From NCBI GenBank assembly GCA_023515725.1, contig JALDTO010000135.1, positions 99,413 to 163,412 of the forward strand: a stretch of 64,000 bases of DNA, in the 5' to 3' direction. A program made the position numbers and the translations under genes. The DNA is from Amoeboaphelidium protococcarum X5. Lineage: Eukaryota > Fungi > Aphelidiomycota. Positions 39,010 through 52,717 of this stretch are shown here, one piece after another. Each line of letters begins with the position of its first letter. Positions within the stretch are counted from its first letter, which is position 1. The notes beneath the pieces were generated by a model that saw only the letters and a list, made by a program, of their open reading frames with translations, was not told the origin of the DNA and searched no databases.

Positions 39010-40389
39010 ATGGATGCACAGGATAATATCGACAATTATTAGGAAGATTAAATGCTAGCGAATAATGGTGTGAAGCTTGTAAAGAAAAAGATGGCCATTT
39101 TAATGGGATATTGCGGCACAGGATATTGCGGGATGTAAAATAATCCTGGTGTGGCGACAATAGAATCTGAGCTGTAGAAAGCTTTCGCCGCTGTCGGTTG
39201 TGTCAGACCGGAAAATTTGTTAAACCTGGGCAAGGTTGCTTTTAATCGTGCCGCCAGAACTGATAAAGGTGTTCATGCTGCTGGTTAGGTGGTATCGCTA
39301 AAGCTACTACTCCCTCAGGATGGGGAGAATGATGGTGTCAAGACCACGGTTGACGCGTTAAATGAAGCTCTCCCGGCACAGATCAAAGTGTGGGATATTG
39401 TACGCGTACGTGGTAATTTTCATGCTAAAAATAATTGTCAGAGTCGTATGTATGAGTATCTCTTGCCCACATTTATGCTCTAGTAGGCTGATGATGAAGA
39501 GCGCACGTGGTACGGACAAGAGCTGACTGAAGATGAAATTGCTCATATGAAGGAGATTTTCAGTGGATAATAGCAATCATAAGAGGAAGATTTGTTAGAC
39601 GGCGAAGATATGGACTAGAATGACTCTGATGGTGAGTTATAAGTACCTGATGATCTTGATAAGAAGTGCAGAGAGTATAGAATATCAGCTGACCGGTTGG
39701 AAAAGTTTCGTGATATTTTGAGCTGCTATCTAGGTACTCACAACTTTCATAACTTTACAGTAGGCAGACCATTCTGGGACTAGTCTTCGAATCGTCACAT
39801 GCTATCCGTAACTGCATCTGAGCCATTCGTAAAAGGCTAGACTGAATGGGTAGCTATTAAACTGCATGGCCACTCGTTCATGCTGCATCAGATCAGAAAA
39901 ATGGTGGCATTTGCAGTCCTGGCGATGAGAATTGGTGTACCTGCAAAGTAATTATTCGACACCTTGTGTGGGGAAGTTCGCGTCAATGTTCCAAAGATGC
40001 CAGCTCTTGGTCTCTTTCTAGATAGGCCAGTGTATAATTCATATAACAAGATTATTGCGGAGACTGCAAAGTAATAGGTACTTATGAGTGCTTAACCGGT
40101 CACTTTTGAGCCGTATGAAGAGGAAATGCGGAAGTTTAAAGATTAGTGGATCTATGAAGAGATTTACAAGGTGGAAGAAGAGAAGCGCGTGTACATGAAA
40201 TGGCTTCAATGTATCAAGAGATATCCAACTAGCTGGGCTTATCTCAGGGAAGATGGTGTAGTTCCCTAAGTCTTCTCCGAGTTGGCCAAGTTGGGTGCTT
40301 ATAATCCGCGCTCTGCTTCTGCCAGTAAAAAACGCGAACGCGACATTGAAAACACTAAAAAGTCTCTGAAATACAAGAGGTCAGCCTGA
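39010..40389 (+). CDS. PUS1: tRNA pseudouridine synthase (TruA family)
   Basis: [10 protein letters not shown][Q], [13 protein letters not shown][Q], [24 protein letters not shown]. Confidence 0.95.
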
Positions 40390-41252
40390 AGTTAGTTTGA
40401 CTGAAATATATACAGATCCTCTTTAAAGGTTGTTATAAGTTATTTCTTTTCTTTGCCACAGATTGAAAGTAGACATTGAGTAGGCTGAAGCAGTTATGAG
40501 TGCTAAATCTTACGTAACTACCAAAGAAACGTCTACTTGAAAATCTTTCAAAATGAGAGGCTACTTCGTAAAATTCCAATACAAAGGTGTAAATGTTGCA
40601 ACGAAATGGCCCATTCAATGCACAGAGATGCAATAATGGTTCCTATGCTGCGTTTATCTCAACAATTACTGGCGCACCAAGAGAGTCGTCAATAATCTCA
40701 AGATGCGTGTGAATTGTTTGCATATTTCTTCGATAAATTGAAGAAGAAAAGAAAAAAACTCCCGTTAAGGTTATAAAGCGCGAAAAGCGGAAAATTAATC
40801 GAAAATCAGGCATTAAGTTAACAATGAGAGAAATATGTGTGCGAGTGATCGTATAAGTTTGAAAAGTGATCAAAAATATCATGATTAGTGAATGAGCTCA
40901 AAGGAGAAGAGATACAGTATATCACTTTTGAGGATAAAAACAATATCTAACTGATACTAACTTTAATTGATTCTTACAAAATATAATGTAATCGCCTTGA
41001 TTCCACCACTATCACATTCAGTTTTATAGTGATGGCGCCCAAGATTGATATTTAATATTGCCTCCTAAATAAATAGAGAAGCGTTAGATTCATAAAGTAT
41101 CGAATTTTAACGCTGACTGAGGAGGCTTCAATCAGGAAGAAAAGAATAACTGCCGGTGAAGTCTGATCAAGATTATAGCTTCAAGTCTAGGGGTCAGATC
41201 CCTTTATCTTCATGAATAGAAAATAAAATATCATAATAATTCGCTGGTGATT

Positions 41253-41870
41253 ATGTCGTTTGAAGACTAATAGAATTACATATAGGCAATTCAATAGAAT
41301 CTGAATGCGCTTGATGCCTTATTCTCTGTTTCAGATGGCCCCTTTGATCGAATGAAAGCTGATAGATTAATACAAGACACTGAAAATATGATTGCTTCAA
41401 TTTCCACCGAAAGCTCAGATGTGATAAAGTCTGTGGTGCCTCTTCGAATACAGTTAAAGAAGTATAAAATTAAGCTAAGTTGTATCTAATCGAGTCAAGC
41501 TAATGTCATCTCAGTCGCGTCTATTCTGCCGCCGTTTACCGCTAGATAGCCAAAGTAGAGAGATTAATTGTATGCAAATGCCACGAAAATTGATGCACAG
41601 GGTGAAATTCTTAATAAATCGCTCTAGATATCGCTGGAGTCTGACTCTATGGGTGCGTAAACTTTAAATGCTCTGTAAATGTAATCTATGGGATTGAAAC
41701 GCGCTCAAAAGTAGCTAGAAATCGCCAATGAGAAGTTGACTTTGGGTGAGCAGTCTGTAAAGATCATGAATAGACGGAGACGTAACATGTATTTGATCAT
41801 CGCTATCATTGTGATTATTCTTATTGGAATCGCTGCAGCAGTTGGTGTTGTATTTGGTGCTAAATTGTGA
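41253..41870 (+). CDS. Qb-SNARE, divergent Vti1-like, 205 aa
   Basis: Habc-like N-terminus; SNARE motif LNKSLQISLESDSMGAQTLNALQMQ; C-terminal TM YLIIAIIVIILIGIAAAVGVVF. Confidence 0.75.
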
Positions 41871-41901
41871 ACTGTCTTAAATATACTGTACACTGTCATT
41901 T

Positions 41902-43452
41902 TCACTATTCAATTCGCCCACCTAATTGAACAATCACTTCTTACTTCGATGCTAATTGATGTTCATCATTTTGTAACCGTTGCCCAATGTTCACATCTTT
42001 CATGAAGGACATACTTATTGTCAGTATATGCCCAGGCAATAATTACAATATTCGATGATATTAGTACGGGAGGATTACGCCATCCAAGGTGAATTCAAAC
42101 TTGTCGTGAAATTTGCCATTGACCAGCTATTTACTAGCACAGACTTCTGACAATTAACAGGTCACCAATTGCGCGTACTCAAATAGACCATCAGATAGAA
42201 TGTGAGGAACAGAAAGCAATAAATTCTTCGGGCGCCCATAGTATGATATTCCACTTCTAAATAGATTGATAAAGCTTTCCAGAAGTTGTAGTAGAACATC
42301 ATTATCAAATACAGCTGTGCATTTGCTTTTTTCATCAAGAACATTAGAGTCATTGTCCGAGCCTGTCTAACGGTTACAATTCAAAGCAATTATATTATCA
42401 CGTAGCCGTACAAGCACTAATTAAAATCCATGACCGGCTGCTGACTTTTTAAGACTAGCAAAGACATGTGAATTAACAGGATATAACTACCAATTCTTAC
42501 CAACATAGGATAATGTCAGTTCTCGATTGTAGACTGAAGCATACTAAACATTGCGTAAAGCAGCTTGTTCTTGTAAGGATCTAAAAGCCACACACCATTA
42601 CTCATAATCACTTTAAATGCTAAATTGCCAACAAGAAGGCATGATTCTTGAACGTAAATTACTGAGAAACATTCGACTTTCTCTAAGCGAGTGGTGGAGT
42701 AACTCTAATGATGATTGAAATTCAGAGCTTACCACCATGCGGGACACAACTCTTTAGCACGCAGATATATGATGCAGACTCACAGTGTTATCCTATTTAG
42801 CATTTGCCGACTTGACAGCAAGACATTTACTATAATCATGAGGCTAATAAGTCCATTAATTATTATCATCTGGATCTTAATCATCATATCCTTTCTAAGC
42901 TTGATCAGAGGTATTATACGCATCTTCTGAATAACGTCTCTTTCGTTCGGCATTAATACTCTAATGTGATATAAACGCATTAATCTTCACAGTAGGTTAT
43001 AAATCATAATCATCTTCAATCGGAGCAGACTCTCGATCGTTCTCAATGGAGCCATCTAGTCCTTACTCATCATCACTCAATTCGATTGAGGTAATTCTGT
43101 GATAAATTTAATCAACATCATCGCGCAGAGGCACAAAAGTCCAGCAATTGTTACTCTGCTGACAACTGTTGGAAATCCGCTGAAACACATTGGGCACAAC
43201 AAGCATAGTCTTATCTGGCTCTTCCAAATCCAACTGTCCATTTTCTATATTTTAAGATTAAAGATGATGTTGCTAAGATTATTAAGAGCTCTTTGGCAGT
43301 TTCTAATTCAAGGCAATACTTGTTAATTATTACTGATGTTAGAGTGGTAAATGAGCATCCGGATGAGACAAACTTTACTACACTCCCTGATACTGCTACT
43401 CTTTCTTTCTCAGCTTTTACCTATTTCTGATTGCATCGAGACTCTTCACCAT
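41902..43452 (-). CDS. DONSON-like protein (divergent), 516 aa
   Basis: Single open frame. Ordered motifs QWCVAFRSL, VPHILSDGLFEYAQL and FEFTLDGVILPYQY match the DONSON W..SF.SL, PTLLS...F.GA and LEI.G.I.P blocks as I recall them. Confidence 0.55.
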
Positions 43453-44014
43453 GTCTCTAAACTTCAATAGATGGTAATCACAGTTTAATGAATACTACAA
43501 GAATACAAGACCAGCTAGAAATGGATGGTGCAGAACTATAGTCAACGCGACGAATCAATTGGGAACAGCTACTACAGTACTTAAAACTAGAGACTGAACT
43601 GAAGAACGCGAGATGAAGGAACAAGTTGTTGAAACAATAACGGTTTAGAGCGATAGCGCGCACTTTAACTATCAAGAACGAGCACATGCGCGTTACTTAC
43701 CTGCAGAGGATTTTGAAATAGAGGCTATATCGTATAAGAAATGTTTTTTGCATACTCCTTATTTAGAGTAGAAATTACACGTCTTTTCTCCGTTGAAACA
43801 TTAGACATATCTACTCGCCCAGGCTCTCTGTAAACTTCCATACAGAGGAAGGTTTCCTCAACCTCGACAATGCTCTATTTCGAGAAATTTCGCAATGCGT
43901 GCAAGTTTATATCGGTTAGCCTATTCCACAAAGTTCGAGATAATCATTCCATTTCACAGCAGTCTCCTCTACTGCACACTCTCTTTGATCAGCTTACTGA
44001 CCGTTTCCAGACTA

Positions 44015-44355
44015 ACTTGTCTTCATTATACTTAGCTTCACCAAAACTACGTTTGACGGCGCAAAAGTGATATGGACTATGAACTAGACTATTCTCCGCA
44101 GACTGAAAGTAGTTTGAGCGATATGTCTTGATTGCACATTCAAGGAGCAGCGATGAGGACGAGTTGGTCCTCATTTAGATCGACCTTCAGCTTTTGAGGA
44201 CGAACCTGTCCTCATTTGACTTGGCTTTACCAATACTAAGTTCGAGGGCGTAAAACTCACATGGACTATGAACTAGACTATGCGCTCTAGACTGAAAGTG
44301 GTTTGAATGAAATATCTCGAGAATTGACAACATGCGGCGATGAGGACAATCTGTC
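44015..44355. repeat. Diverged tandem duplication (189-bp period) with nested hairpins
   Basis: ATGGACTATGAACTAGACTAT at 44072 and 44261; flanks align; inverted repeats ATGAGGAC-N6-GTCCTCAT (about 44153-44174) and TGAGGAC-N6-GTCCTCA (about 44195-44214). Confidence 0.85.
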
Positions 44356-44486
44356 TGCTTGTTGCCTTCGCTGCGTTTCGTTCATCAAAGTTGGAGTTTT
44401 CGCTCACGTCTGCTCTTCACTGTTCTTTTCGAGACTAAATCAACTTGCTCGACCACACTATAAACCAAGTTACATTGTATAGATAA

Positions 44487-45206
44487 ATGTCTGATAGATA
44501 CAGTTTCTCATTGACTACATTCTCGCCTAGTGGTAAGCTGGTACAGATTGAGTATGCTCTGAATGCAGTCGCTCAGGGAATGACCAGCATTGGAATTAAG
44601 GCCAAGAATGGGTGTGTCATTGCCACGGAGAAGAAGGCTCCGTCCTCGCTAGTGGATGACTCTGTGCTTACCAAGGTATACACCATTTGCGACAATATTG
44701 GACTGGTTTACAGCGGTATGGGTCCGGATAGCCGTGTTCTAGTCAGCAAGGCTAGAAAGAGTGCTAGCAAGTATAAGCAAGTGTATGGAGAGTGTCCGTC
44801 CACCATAGTGTTGGTGCGCGAAGTTGCCGCTGTCATGCAAGAGTTCACTTAGAGTGGAGGTGTTCGCCCGTTTGGTGTATCGCTGCTGATCGTTGGCTAT
44901 GACAACGAGTAGGGGCATATGATGTACCAGGTTGACCCGTCTGGCTCGTACTTTCCATGGAAGGCTACGGCCATTGGTAAGAATTAGATCAATGCCAAGA
45001 CATTCCTGGAGAAGCGTTACAATGATGAATTGGAGTTGGAGGATGCGATCCATGTTGCCATTCTGACTTTGAAGGAAGGTATGGAAGGTGGTGTTAGTGA
45101 AGATGGACTCGAGATTGGCGTTGTTCAAGATTCCGGTCCACACGCTGGCAAGTTCCGAAAGCTGACTCTTGGTGAAATTAAAGATCACCTCGTAAATATT
45201 GCTTGA
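44487..45206 (+). CDS. PSMA2: 20S proteasome subunit alpha-2
   Basis: [25 protein letters not shown]; EFT[TAG=Q][12 protein letters not shown]; [19 protein letters not shown]. Confidence 0.98.
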
Positions 45207-45402
45207 ACTCCGCTGACTATTGATATATCGCTTACTATTGTAGCGTTATTGAACTCATGTAATTGTGTAGTATTCTCTTTATTTATAGTTGATTTCATTT
45301 GACTTATACCTTTCACCTCTCCTCCGATATCATTTTCGGTCCACTTGAACGCATGAAATCGACTTAACTAGAAAGTCGGATTTTTTAAAGTTAATAAATT
45401 TA

Positions 45403-46663
45403 TCAATCCCTCAAGGATATCCATTCATCATGCATATTGGATATGTTTTATACAATCTTGTCTTCAATCTCACATCCACCATCTAATTCAGATTAATCCA
45501 TAGTGATTGAGGTGACGTGAAATGCATCAGTGACTGCAGTAGAATGAGGCGGCAACTAAATTTAAGAGTGGTTTTCATTAGACGTAACAGGCAATGATCC
45601 ATCTACTGAAGGCGTTTACCTACCAGACGATGATGGTGTATGGTTGTTACTAGAATTGTATTACAACTGCTATGGAGACATTAGATGCTTCCGAGAATAG
45701 AATACAACTTGAGACTTTCTGGTGGACAAGATATTGCCAATCACCACCTGATGGCCATAATTCTTCAGAGCATTGGTGGATTTTATAGATAACAATTGCG
45801 GATCAGTTTCCAACTTGAAAGACACTATAAAACCTCTTGATGCCCATTCAGACACGAGCGGCTTCAAAATCTTGGGCACCTGCTCCATCTTCAGCGTCAG
45901 TGATCCATCAGCACTCTAGATCTTATGCGTGGCCTACACTCACACAAGAATGATCAATGAAAACATAACCAGCAATCAATAACTAGCAAAATATAAGACA
46001 TACCAAGTCTGAAGATGGAATACAAAAGTCGCTGACTGCTGCAGCGAGATACCATAACGCATTCTTGCCTAGCATCGATCCCAAAGATCTACTGACAGAT
46101 CTCAACATGATCAAGTAGTCATGCACTGTGATGTAATCCAAAAGGAGAATCTACTTTTATGAGTGAAAGTGTTACAATTCCGATAGACTAGCGGACATTT
46201 TGCGTACATCTTCCGGTTTGATTGCGACTTGACCATCAGAAGAGATATCCAACCACGGAAATGCAAATCCTTCTGGAAAAGCACGAGCAACTTCGCCGTG
46301 CTTCTTATGAGACTGCTACCAGTGTCTGATGAATGGCTACAGACTACCCTCGCGATGCATAAAAATCACAGCATATCCTAATCTGAGGAAGTACTCTGCA
46401 GATGCAGCACCTCGAGTTCCCAGCGAAAAGTTGTCGATAAATCTCACCATATTCTTCTCCAGCGGAACTTATGTGCCACCACTCTACACCACATAGTTAA
46501 GGTTATGATTAAAACTAACGCGAATTAAATTAAAATATAATGTTCTTACAGTTAACAGCACAATCTTGCGTCCCAGTGACTTTTGCTGTTCCATAAACGC
46601 CAGAGCTTTCTAGCAATTATCTTTAACATGCTCAGATTCTTCATGATGAGCGAAAAATTCCAT
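45403..46663 (-). CDS. PPCS: Phosphopantothenate-cysteine ligase; introns 46549-46484 and 46003-45934
   Basis: LT|[32 protein letters not shown]; YLAAAVSDF; HKIQS; VSFKLETD. Confidence 0.95.
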
Positions 46664-47092
46664 ATTCCAGTATTAGGTCTCCAGTAATAATCTCTCTAGA
46701 TTAACAAAGCCTATAGCGAAAGTAAGCTACAAAAGATAAATAAATCTTAAATTCTCGAACTTGTTGATCAAAATCGAAATGAAATGAAACAGCGCATAGA
46801 ACTGCACAAGCGAGAGACCAAAGATTCCTCATTTCATTGCTCAGCTTCTCTGTACCGGACTGCTCGTTCCATCCGTAAACACGTCATGGCGAGTAGTTTC
46901 AATGGAACATATTGTACAATAGTCTTTTTCGAATTTATCGCTATGTAACTTCGATTTTCAGGATACTGTCGGTGTTTGTAAAAGATCGTCAATTCACCTT
47001 CGAGTGCAGACTTATCACACCTGAAGAATCGCGAAGTTTGATCAATTTCATTCATCATCTATCTAACAGTGAATTAAAACTATTGCAACAAT

Positions 47093-48221
47093 ATGACCAA
47101 GAGCGCGACTAAGAGTTAAGTATTAATCAAGACGTTGAGTCTTTAGCCAAACTTGTACATGCACGATGTGCCCAAAGTATAGTCCAAGTTGCAGCGATTA
47201 ATTGACGCTGGCCTTGATCAATTGCATATCGTCGCTGGTAAGATTTGAATCCATCTGACTATGTTAATCTTCAATATTTCCCTACCAACCACCCGCGGAG
47301 TATAGTGTAGATTTCGATATGACGTTGACAAAGAATTGGGTTAATGGAAAGAGAAATATGAGCTCACATGGCATGTTCCATCACTACAGCAAGACTCCAG
47401 AGTCGTACAGAATTGCGTCTTAGGCGACTTTTGACAAGTACTTCCCCATCGAGATCTCCACCAAGATGACCATGGAGCAGAAGATTCCACACATGGTGCA
47501 GTGGTGGAAAGAGGCTCATGAGTAGATCTTGTCGCTGTAGTTTACGCGTGGTCATTTAGAGGAGATGACAGCTGAGCAAGGTGTATCGTTCCGCGAAGGC
47601 TTTGATCACCTGGTGGAATTCACTAGGCAGCAAAATGTGCCCGTGCTGGTGTTCTCTGCAGGTATCACTGATGTTATCGAGAGTATGCTCAAGTTTAGCG
47701 ATTTGTACACGGATCAGATGCACGTCATATCCAATAGAATGATCTTTGACTAGAACTCCGGCGTAAATGTGGGCTTCTACGAGCCTATCGTTCATGTATT
47801 CAATAAGAACGAGTTTGCGTCAATGTTGAAGAATGGCTTCAATAGATACCCTGAAGATCCTTGTCACCCAGCAGACGGTAGTGTTGTTCAGGCTCCTGCT
47901 TAGGAGATTCCTAATGCTTCAGCGAAACACGTAGAGATTGTCACTGTGAGGAAACACGTTCTGCTCCTCGGCGATTCATTGAGTGACATTCAAATGGTGC
48001 ATGGCCTCAATATGGAAGATGTGATCACAATTGGCCTGATGAATAGATTTGTAATCGACAAGGATTCGAATCGCTGGAAGTGTGTTGGTAATGAATCCCT
48101 GTCATACGCCGAGATACTGCACTTTGTAGATCTTTACTTTAAGACTTTTGACATTGTCATTGCTGGTGATGGTCCCTTCAATCCATGGATATTGGATATT
48201 TTAGAATCAATGTCACATTGA
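47093..48221 (+). CDS. NT5C3: Pyrimidine 5'-nucleotidase (cN-III/UMPH-1); intron 47238-47310
   Basis: LHIVA|DFDMTLT; KIPHMVQWW; VLVFSAGI; VHVFNKN; VLLLGDSLSDIQM. Confidence 0.93.
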
Positions 48222-48415
48222 TTGATTGAACATTTAAATTAATTCAAAGCATTTACGTCTCAATAGGTACTACGCTTGATATTAAGGGCGATAAAATTGT
48301 AATTAAACGGTCTAATACTATTTTTTTACGGTCGCTATAACCGTCTTGCCAATTGTTTTGCTCTTTTCAGATGGTAATAGCGTTTCAAGCAATGAAGATC
48401 ATTAACTACTCCAAT

Positions 48416-50572
48416 TCAACTATATCTCGATCTTTTCTACGTGGAAGCGGTTTGAGGACTTCCTAGCGTCTAATCAAGCACTAAAACATCTACATTTGGA
48501 CTTTTAGGTGGATTGATGTACGCGTCAGGCTCCTCAACCACCAAGCCGCCCAACCAAATTCCACCGAGAGATTGAGCTCTCTCAATGTCTGTGGATGAAA
48601 TAATACCACCACCCTGAATATTTTATTATAATCTACCCGAGTGGTAAACCTGCTGCCAGTATTAATGCAAGAACGACATACCGAGAGCAATACAAATTTT
48701 ACTTACATCCTTCTCCTGCAATTCCGAGATCTTTAATACCGAGACTCCATTTGCTTTATCAAAGTACTCTCGCAAACTAAATCCACATGCCCAATCTATA
48801 ATTGCGGGTAATTAAATCTGCTGATTGCCGACATTATCAGTACAATATTGACGGAAGTATTCCGCATCCTACCGGGAGCTAAACTTGACAAACGCTTCCA
48901 TTTTACTCTTAACCAAGGTGATGACTTCCGCATTGAATTACGCAACCAGGGGTGCAATACTCTAAGCACCAACCATATTCTATGGCAAATCACCCAAGTA
49001 TACAGTCCTGGTAAGAACATGAACTTCATCCAAGAGGACAGCCGGATCAGCATACATGGTCCGATTAGGATTAGACGGAAATTGTTGAACTCTTTAGAGC
49101 CATTTCTAACTACCGTCTCCAGGCTGAGAAATCGAATGCTAACGCCGCTAATAAGGTTACTACTGCTATTATTCCGCTTGCTAGTATTAATTACTAAAAT
49201 TCTATAACAGTGGAGGTTAACCGTAGTTTGTGGCTTGATGCGCATCTGTTTTACGACGTTTAAACTGAGAATCGTCTTCAAATTATTACTGGTTACTATT
49301 ACCAACAGTAGGATACACATTGTGCTATTAAGCTACTTAATTATTAGCAGAGAATTACTATTGTTACTATTGTGGAGCAGGAGACGGGATGTTAAAATTC
49401 GCAGCTAAACTGGCAAGAACATCTGGATCAGGTAGACTGAAAGGCATTGGTGAGGGATTTTGTGACTATTACTACGGCTGCTGCATCGAATACTACGGCA
49501 TGTATTATTATTATGACTAGGAATACTACTACAGTGGCGTTTTCTACTATGCACCGATAGACTGCTGCAGGTACTATGATATTTATAATATCGCCTGAGT
49601 TTACAAACTATTCTAAATCGCGCCTTATTAATCCAAAACCACCTGCTAAGTATTATTTCCCTCTCCACCAACGGAAGTCACCGGGCCACTATTCGTCACC
49701 ACCACTGGCTTATATTCTTCATCTCCATAGTCAAACTGCAGTGGATTGTCAACATTATTTCGCGGAGTAGTTACATGCATAGGTAATGATGAGCTACTTG
49801 GCAATGACATTGGATCAGTAGATGTATACGGCTGACTAGTGGGAGCCACAGATGACTTTTAAGCATCGCTTTAATTGTCTTGTGCTAAAGACGACTTTTA
49901 TGCAACTTCATCACTACCACTCTCAATACTATCTTCGTCATTGACATCTTACTCAACTCCCTCCTCTTGTTCTTCTTATTCGCCACCTTCTTTCACTTAA
50001 AACTGCGGATATTACTCAAGCAAATCGCGAATTACAGTACCTTCAAATATACCACTCTTCTACCACATGCTAATCAACTTGCAAACTTTAGCCTCATCTA
50101 TACGGGATAGAGTATTCGAAGATTCAGAACTATTAACACTCTCATTGCTACCACTATTACTCTTCTTCACCAGAAATGAGAAGATTTCCTATAGCTTAGA
50201 TGAAATACGCGCCTGTAAAGATTCTTTATGCTTCAAAAATGATGAAGACCCATTACCACTATTACCTTTACGACCAACGCTATCAAAATCCTTTTTCAGG
50301 GCGCGACAGATCGAGTCCACCGTGTATATGCCGTAAATCCTATAGTTGACGGGACACTTGGCCAGATATCTCTCCACCGCCCATACAATCATTTTGTACA
50401 TATGAGCATTTTTAATAGCATGCTTAGTGACACCTTAAATCTTGCTAGCTGATACTCCAGAACTGGATGAAGATGATGTCTACTACTACTCTGACTGATT
50501 ACTATAGTACGATTGCAGCATTTATTCCAACTGGACAACCACTGGATGATTTTCAGGATTCTAAGACGACAT
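48416..50572 (-). CDS. CID + RRM RNA-binding termination factor (Seb1/Nrd1 family), 718 aa
   Basis: CID GVSASKI..YGIYTVDSICR; FDYGDEE; RRM VLTRTVYLGDL..AFVKF..WACGFSLREYFD..GVS; GLVVEEPD. Confidence 0.88.
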
Positions 50573-51079
50573 TGTTATTTCTACTACTTATGTGATAAGA
50601 CTGATCTAAAGGAAATGTGGAATTTGATGATACACTTTAGACAGAGGTACAGAAACACTGTGTAAACAAGTTAAAACTTTATTATTACTCCGAGTCTTTA
50701 GAAGTAACTGCACTCAGTATGCGATTGATTGATGAAGGAATAAGCGAGGAGTCGAAAGAGTGAGAGAGTGAGAGAGAGAAAGAGTGAGAGAACGCGCACA
50801 GATATTAACGGACGCGTGTAGGAACATGTGGCATTGTTCCACTGATATAGTCCATCCTACCACTATCATAACAAATGTTCGTCACAAATTTTTATCTTAT
50901 TAACTCCAATGTTCTCTAAATTTAAGTCGCCCAGCCCGCTATCCACGTATGACTTTAGTATGATCAGAGTTTTACAACTCAATAAAGAGATACTACAGTA
51001 TACGATTGGAACAATGGTACAAGGTTGATTTCTCGTCAGTCTTATCGCTTCTATTAAAAACGGGAAAATTAACTATCAG

Positions 51080-51868
51080 ATGGCAATGATTTAGAAGTAT
51101 TCAAATATAATGACGATTAATATTGTTAAGTCACGCAGCTAGAAGTTCATATAGACTGCATACCTGATAAGACATAGCTCCTCGCTGAATGTGAAAATGA
51201 ACGACACTTATACGCGTGCATCTTAGAAATAATTGAATCAGAACGCACGGCACGAAGTCGAAGAGTGGAAGCAGATATACAAGAGCCCATATATTGGCCC
51301 ATTGAAATTGCTAAAGAAAATATCGCTGAGTACCGCATTTATTGCCACTGCTTGCGTGCCGTTCTTTGTGCTTAATCCTACGCGCAAAATTAGTGTGTCT
51401 GCTGCAGCATAGATGGCGGCATCGGAGCAGATTTCCTCAACTCCTTAATCAACTGCTGCTATAGCAGAGACCGCTGCCTCAATGATACCTCAGATAAGTC
51501 CACTCACTGTCGCGGTATCAACAATGGTAATTGCCACTGGGTGGAGTAGTACTGCTTTGTTATCGCTTCTATTAAGATCGTACGTGATTTAATTAGAGGC
51601 TCCTGTTGACAGAGAATCTTACGCGTCCATTGAAGATATTCCACTCAAAATTACGCACTTGGATTTCTGGTCAAGGCCTAGCAGTATGATGCTCTATGTA
51701 AAATAACTGAGACCAAAGTCTCACTCCACGCTGATGCCATTTGTCACGTACGAGTATACGGATTCTGTCAGCGGTAAAGTGTAGCACTTGTTCATTCATC
51801 AGGAACTTCTTCAAAGTCAAGATGAACTGTAAAGAGTACTCAGATCTAAGGCCGAAACTCTATAATGA
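51080..51868 (+). CDS. TMEM70-like mitochondrial inner-membrane protein, 262 aa
   Basis: Basic presequence-like N-terminus; IYKSPYIGPLKLLKKISLST..; STALLSLLLRSYVIQL; LKITHLDFW..PFVTY. Confidence 0.65.
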
Positions 51869-52077
51869 AATATAATATGCTATTCTTACTAATCACTAAA
51901 TAGTTTCGTAGTTATGCATTATTCATTGTTTAGAGAATTTGACCCTGAGTTGTGATACTGAATTACTTTCATTTCGCGGCCTGTCCTTTCATCAGTAAAG
52001 GATTTCATAATAACAATTTAAACATTCATTTATATACTGTAGTTCATCTGCCAATAGAATAATAAGCGATAGACAAT

Positions 52078-52617
52078 ATGACAAGGAATATATTGGTGGC
52101 TACTGATTTTTCATCGTGCTCTCGATATGCTTTAAGGATTGCCATGGAGCAGCTTTTGATTAATAACGCATGTAAAGATAAGAAAGAGTCCCATCCAGAT
52201 GCACAGCATCATGAAGTACTGACGCTGGTGCACATTATCTAGCCACCGCAGAATGAAAGACATATTGGAGGCTCAGATATGTTTGATGCATTGCATGAAG
52301 AGAAGTTGGCTATTAAGCGGATGCAGGAGCTGTACGAGTATCAACTGGGGAAACTTTGCGATTCTCAAGGCAACCCGGTGGGTCTAAAGATTAACGTGTA
52401 GTATGCAGTCGAAATTGAGCATAATCCGGCAGCGGCTTTGATTAAATTGATAAATACAGAGAATGGTGGTGGATACAGTTCACACAAGTTCTCCGTGGTC
52501 GTAGTTGGCAGTCACGGTTAGAATGCGGCCAAGAGGCAGCAGATTGGAAGTGTCTCCCAGAAGATTCTATAAGAGGCTCAAGTGCCTATTCTGCTAGCGA
52601 AAGGTTAGGAGACTTGA
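52078..52617 (+). CDS. Universal stress protein (UspA domain), 179 aa
   Basis: RNILVATDFSSCSRYAL; VVVGSHGQNAAKRQQIGSVSQKILQEAQVPILL. Confidence 0.92.
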
Positions 52618-52717
52618 ATAAGAATACTTTTTTAATTTGAAAAATATATGTTTATGGAAATAGTAAGGTTTATGATAATGACATATTCAATATTAAGGCT
52701 GGTTAAGAATATATTGT

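Noticed and set aside
43572-43753. Strong minus-strand donor (CAG|GTAAGT at about 43700) with a TGTAG at about 43572
   Set aside because: Does not join in frame to the DONSON-like ORF; at most a 5' UTR intron, unsupported without transcripts.
44015-44355. CRISPR array, U3 snoRNA or hammerhead ribozyme
   Set aside because: Only two diverged units, eukaryotic context, no cas genes, and the U3 box A and hammerhead core motifs are absent.
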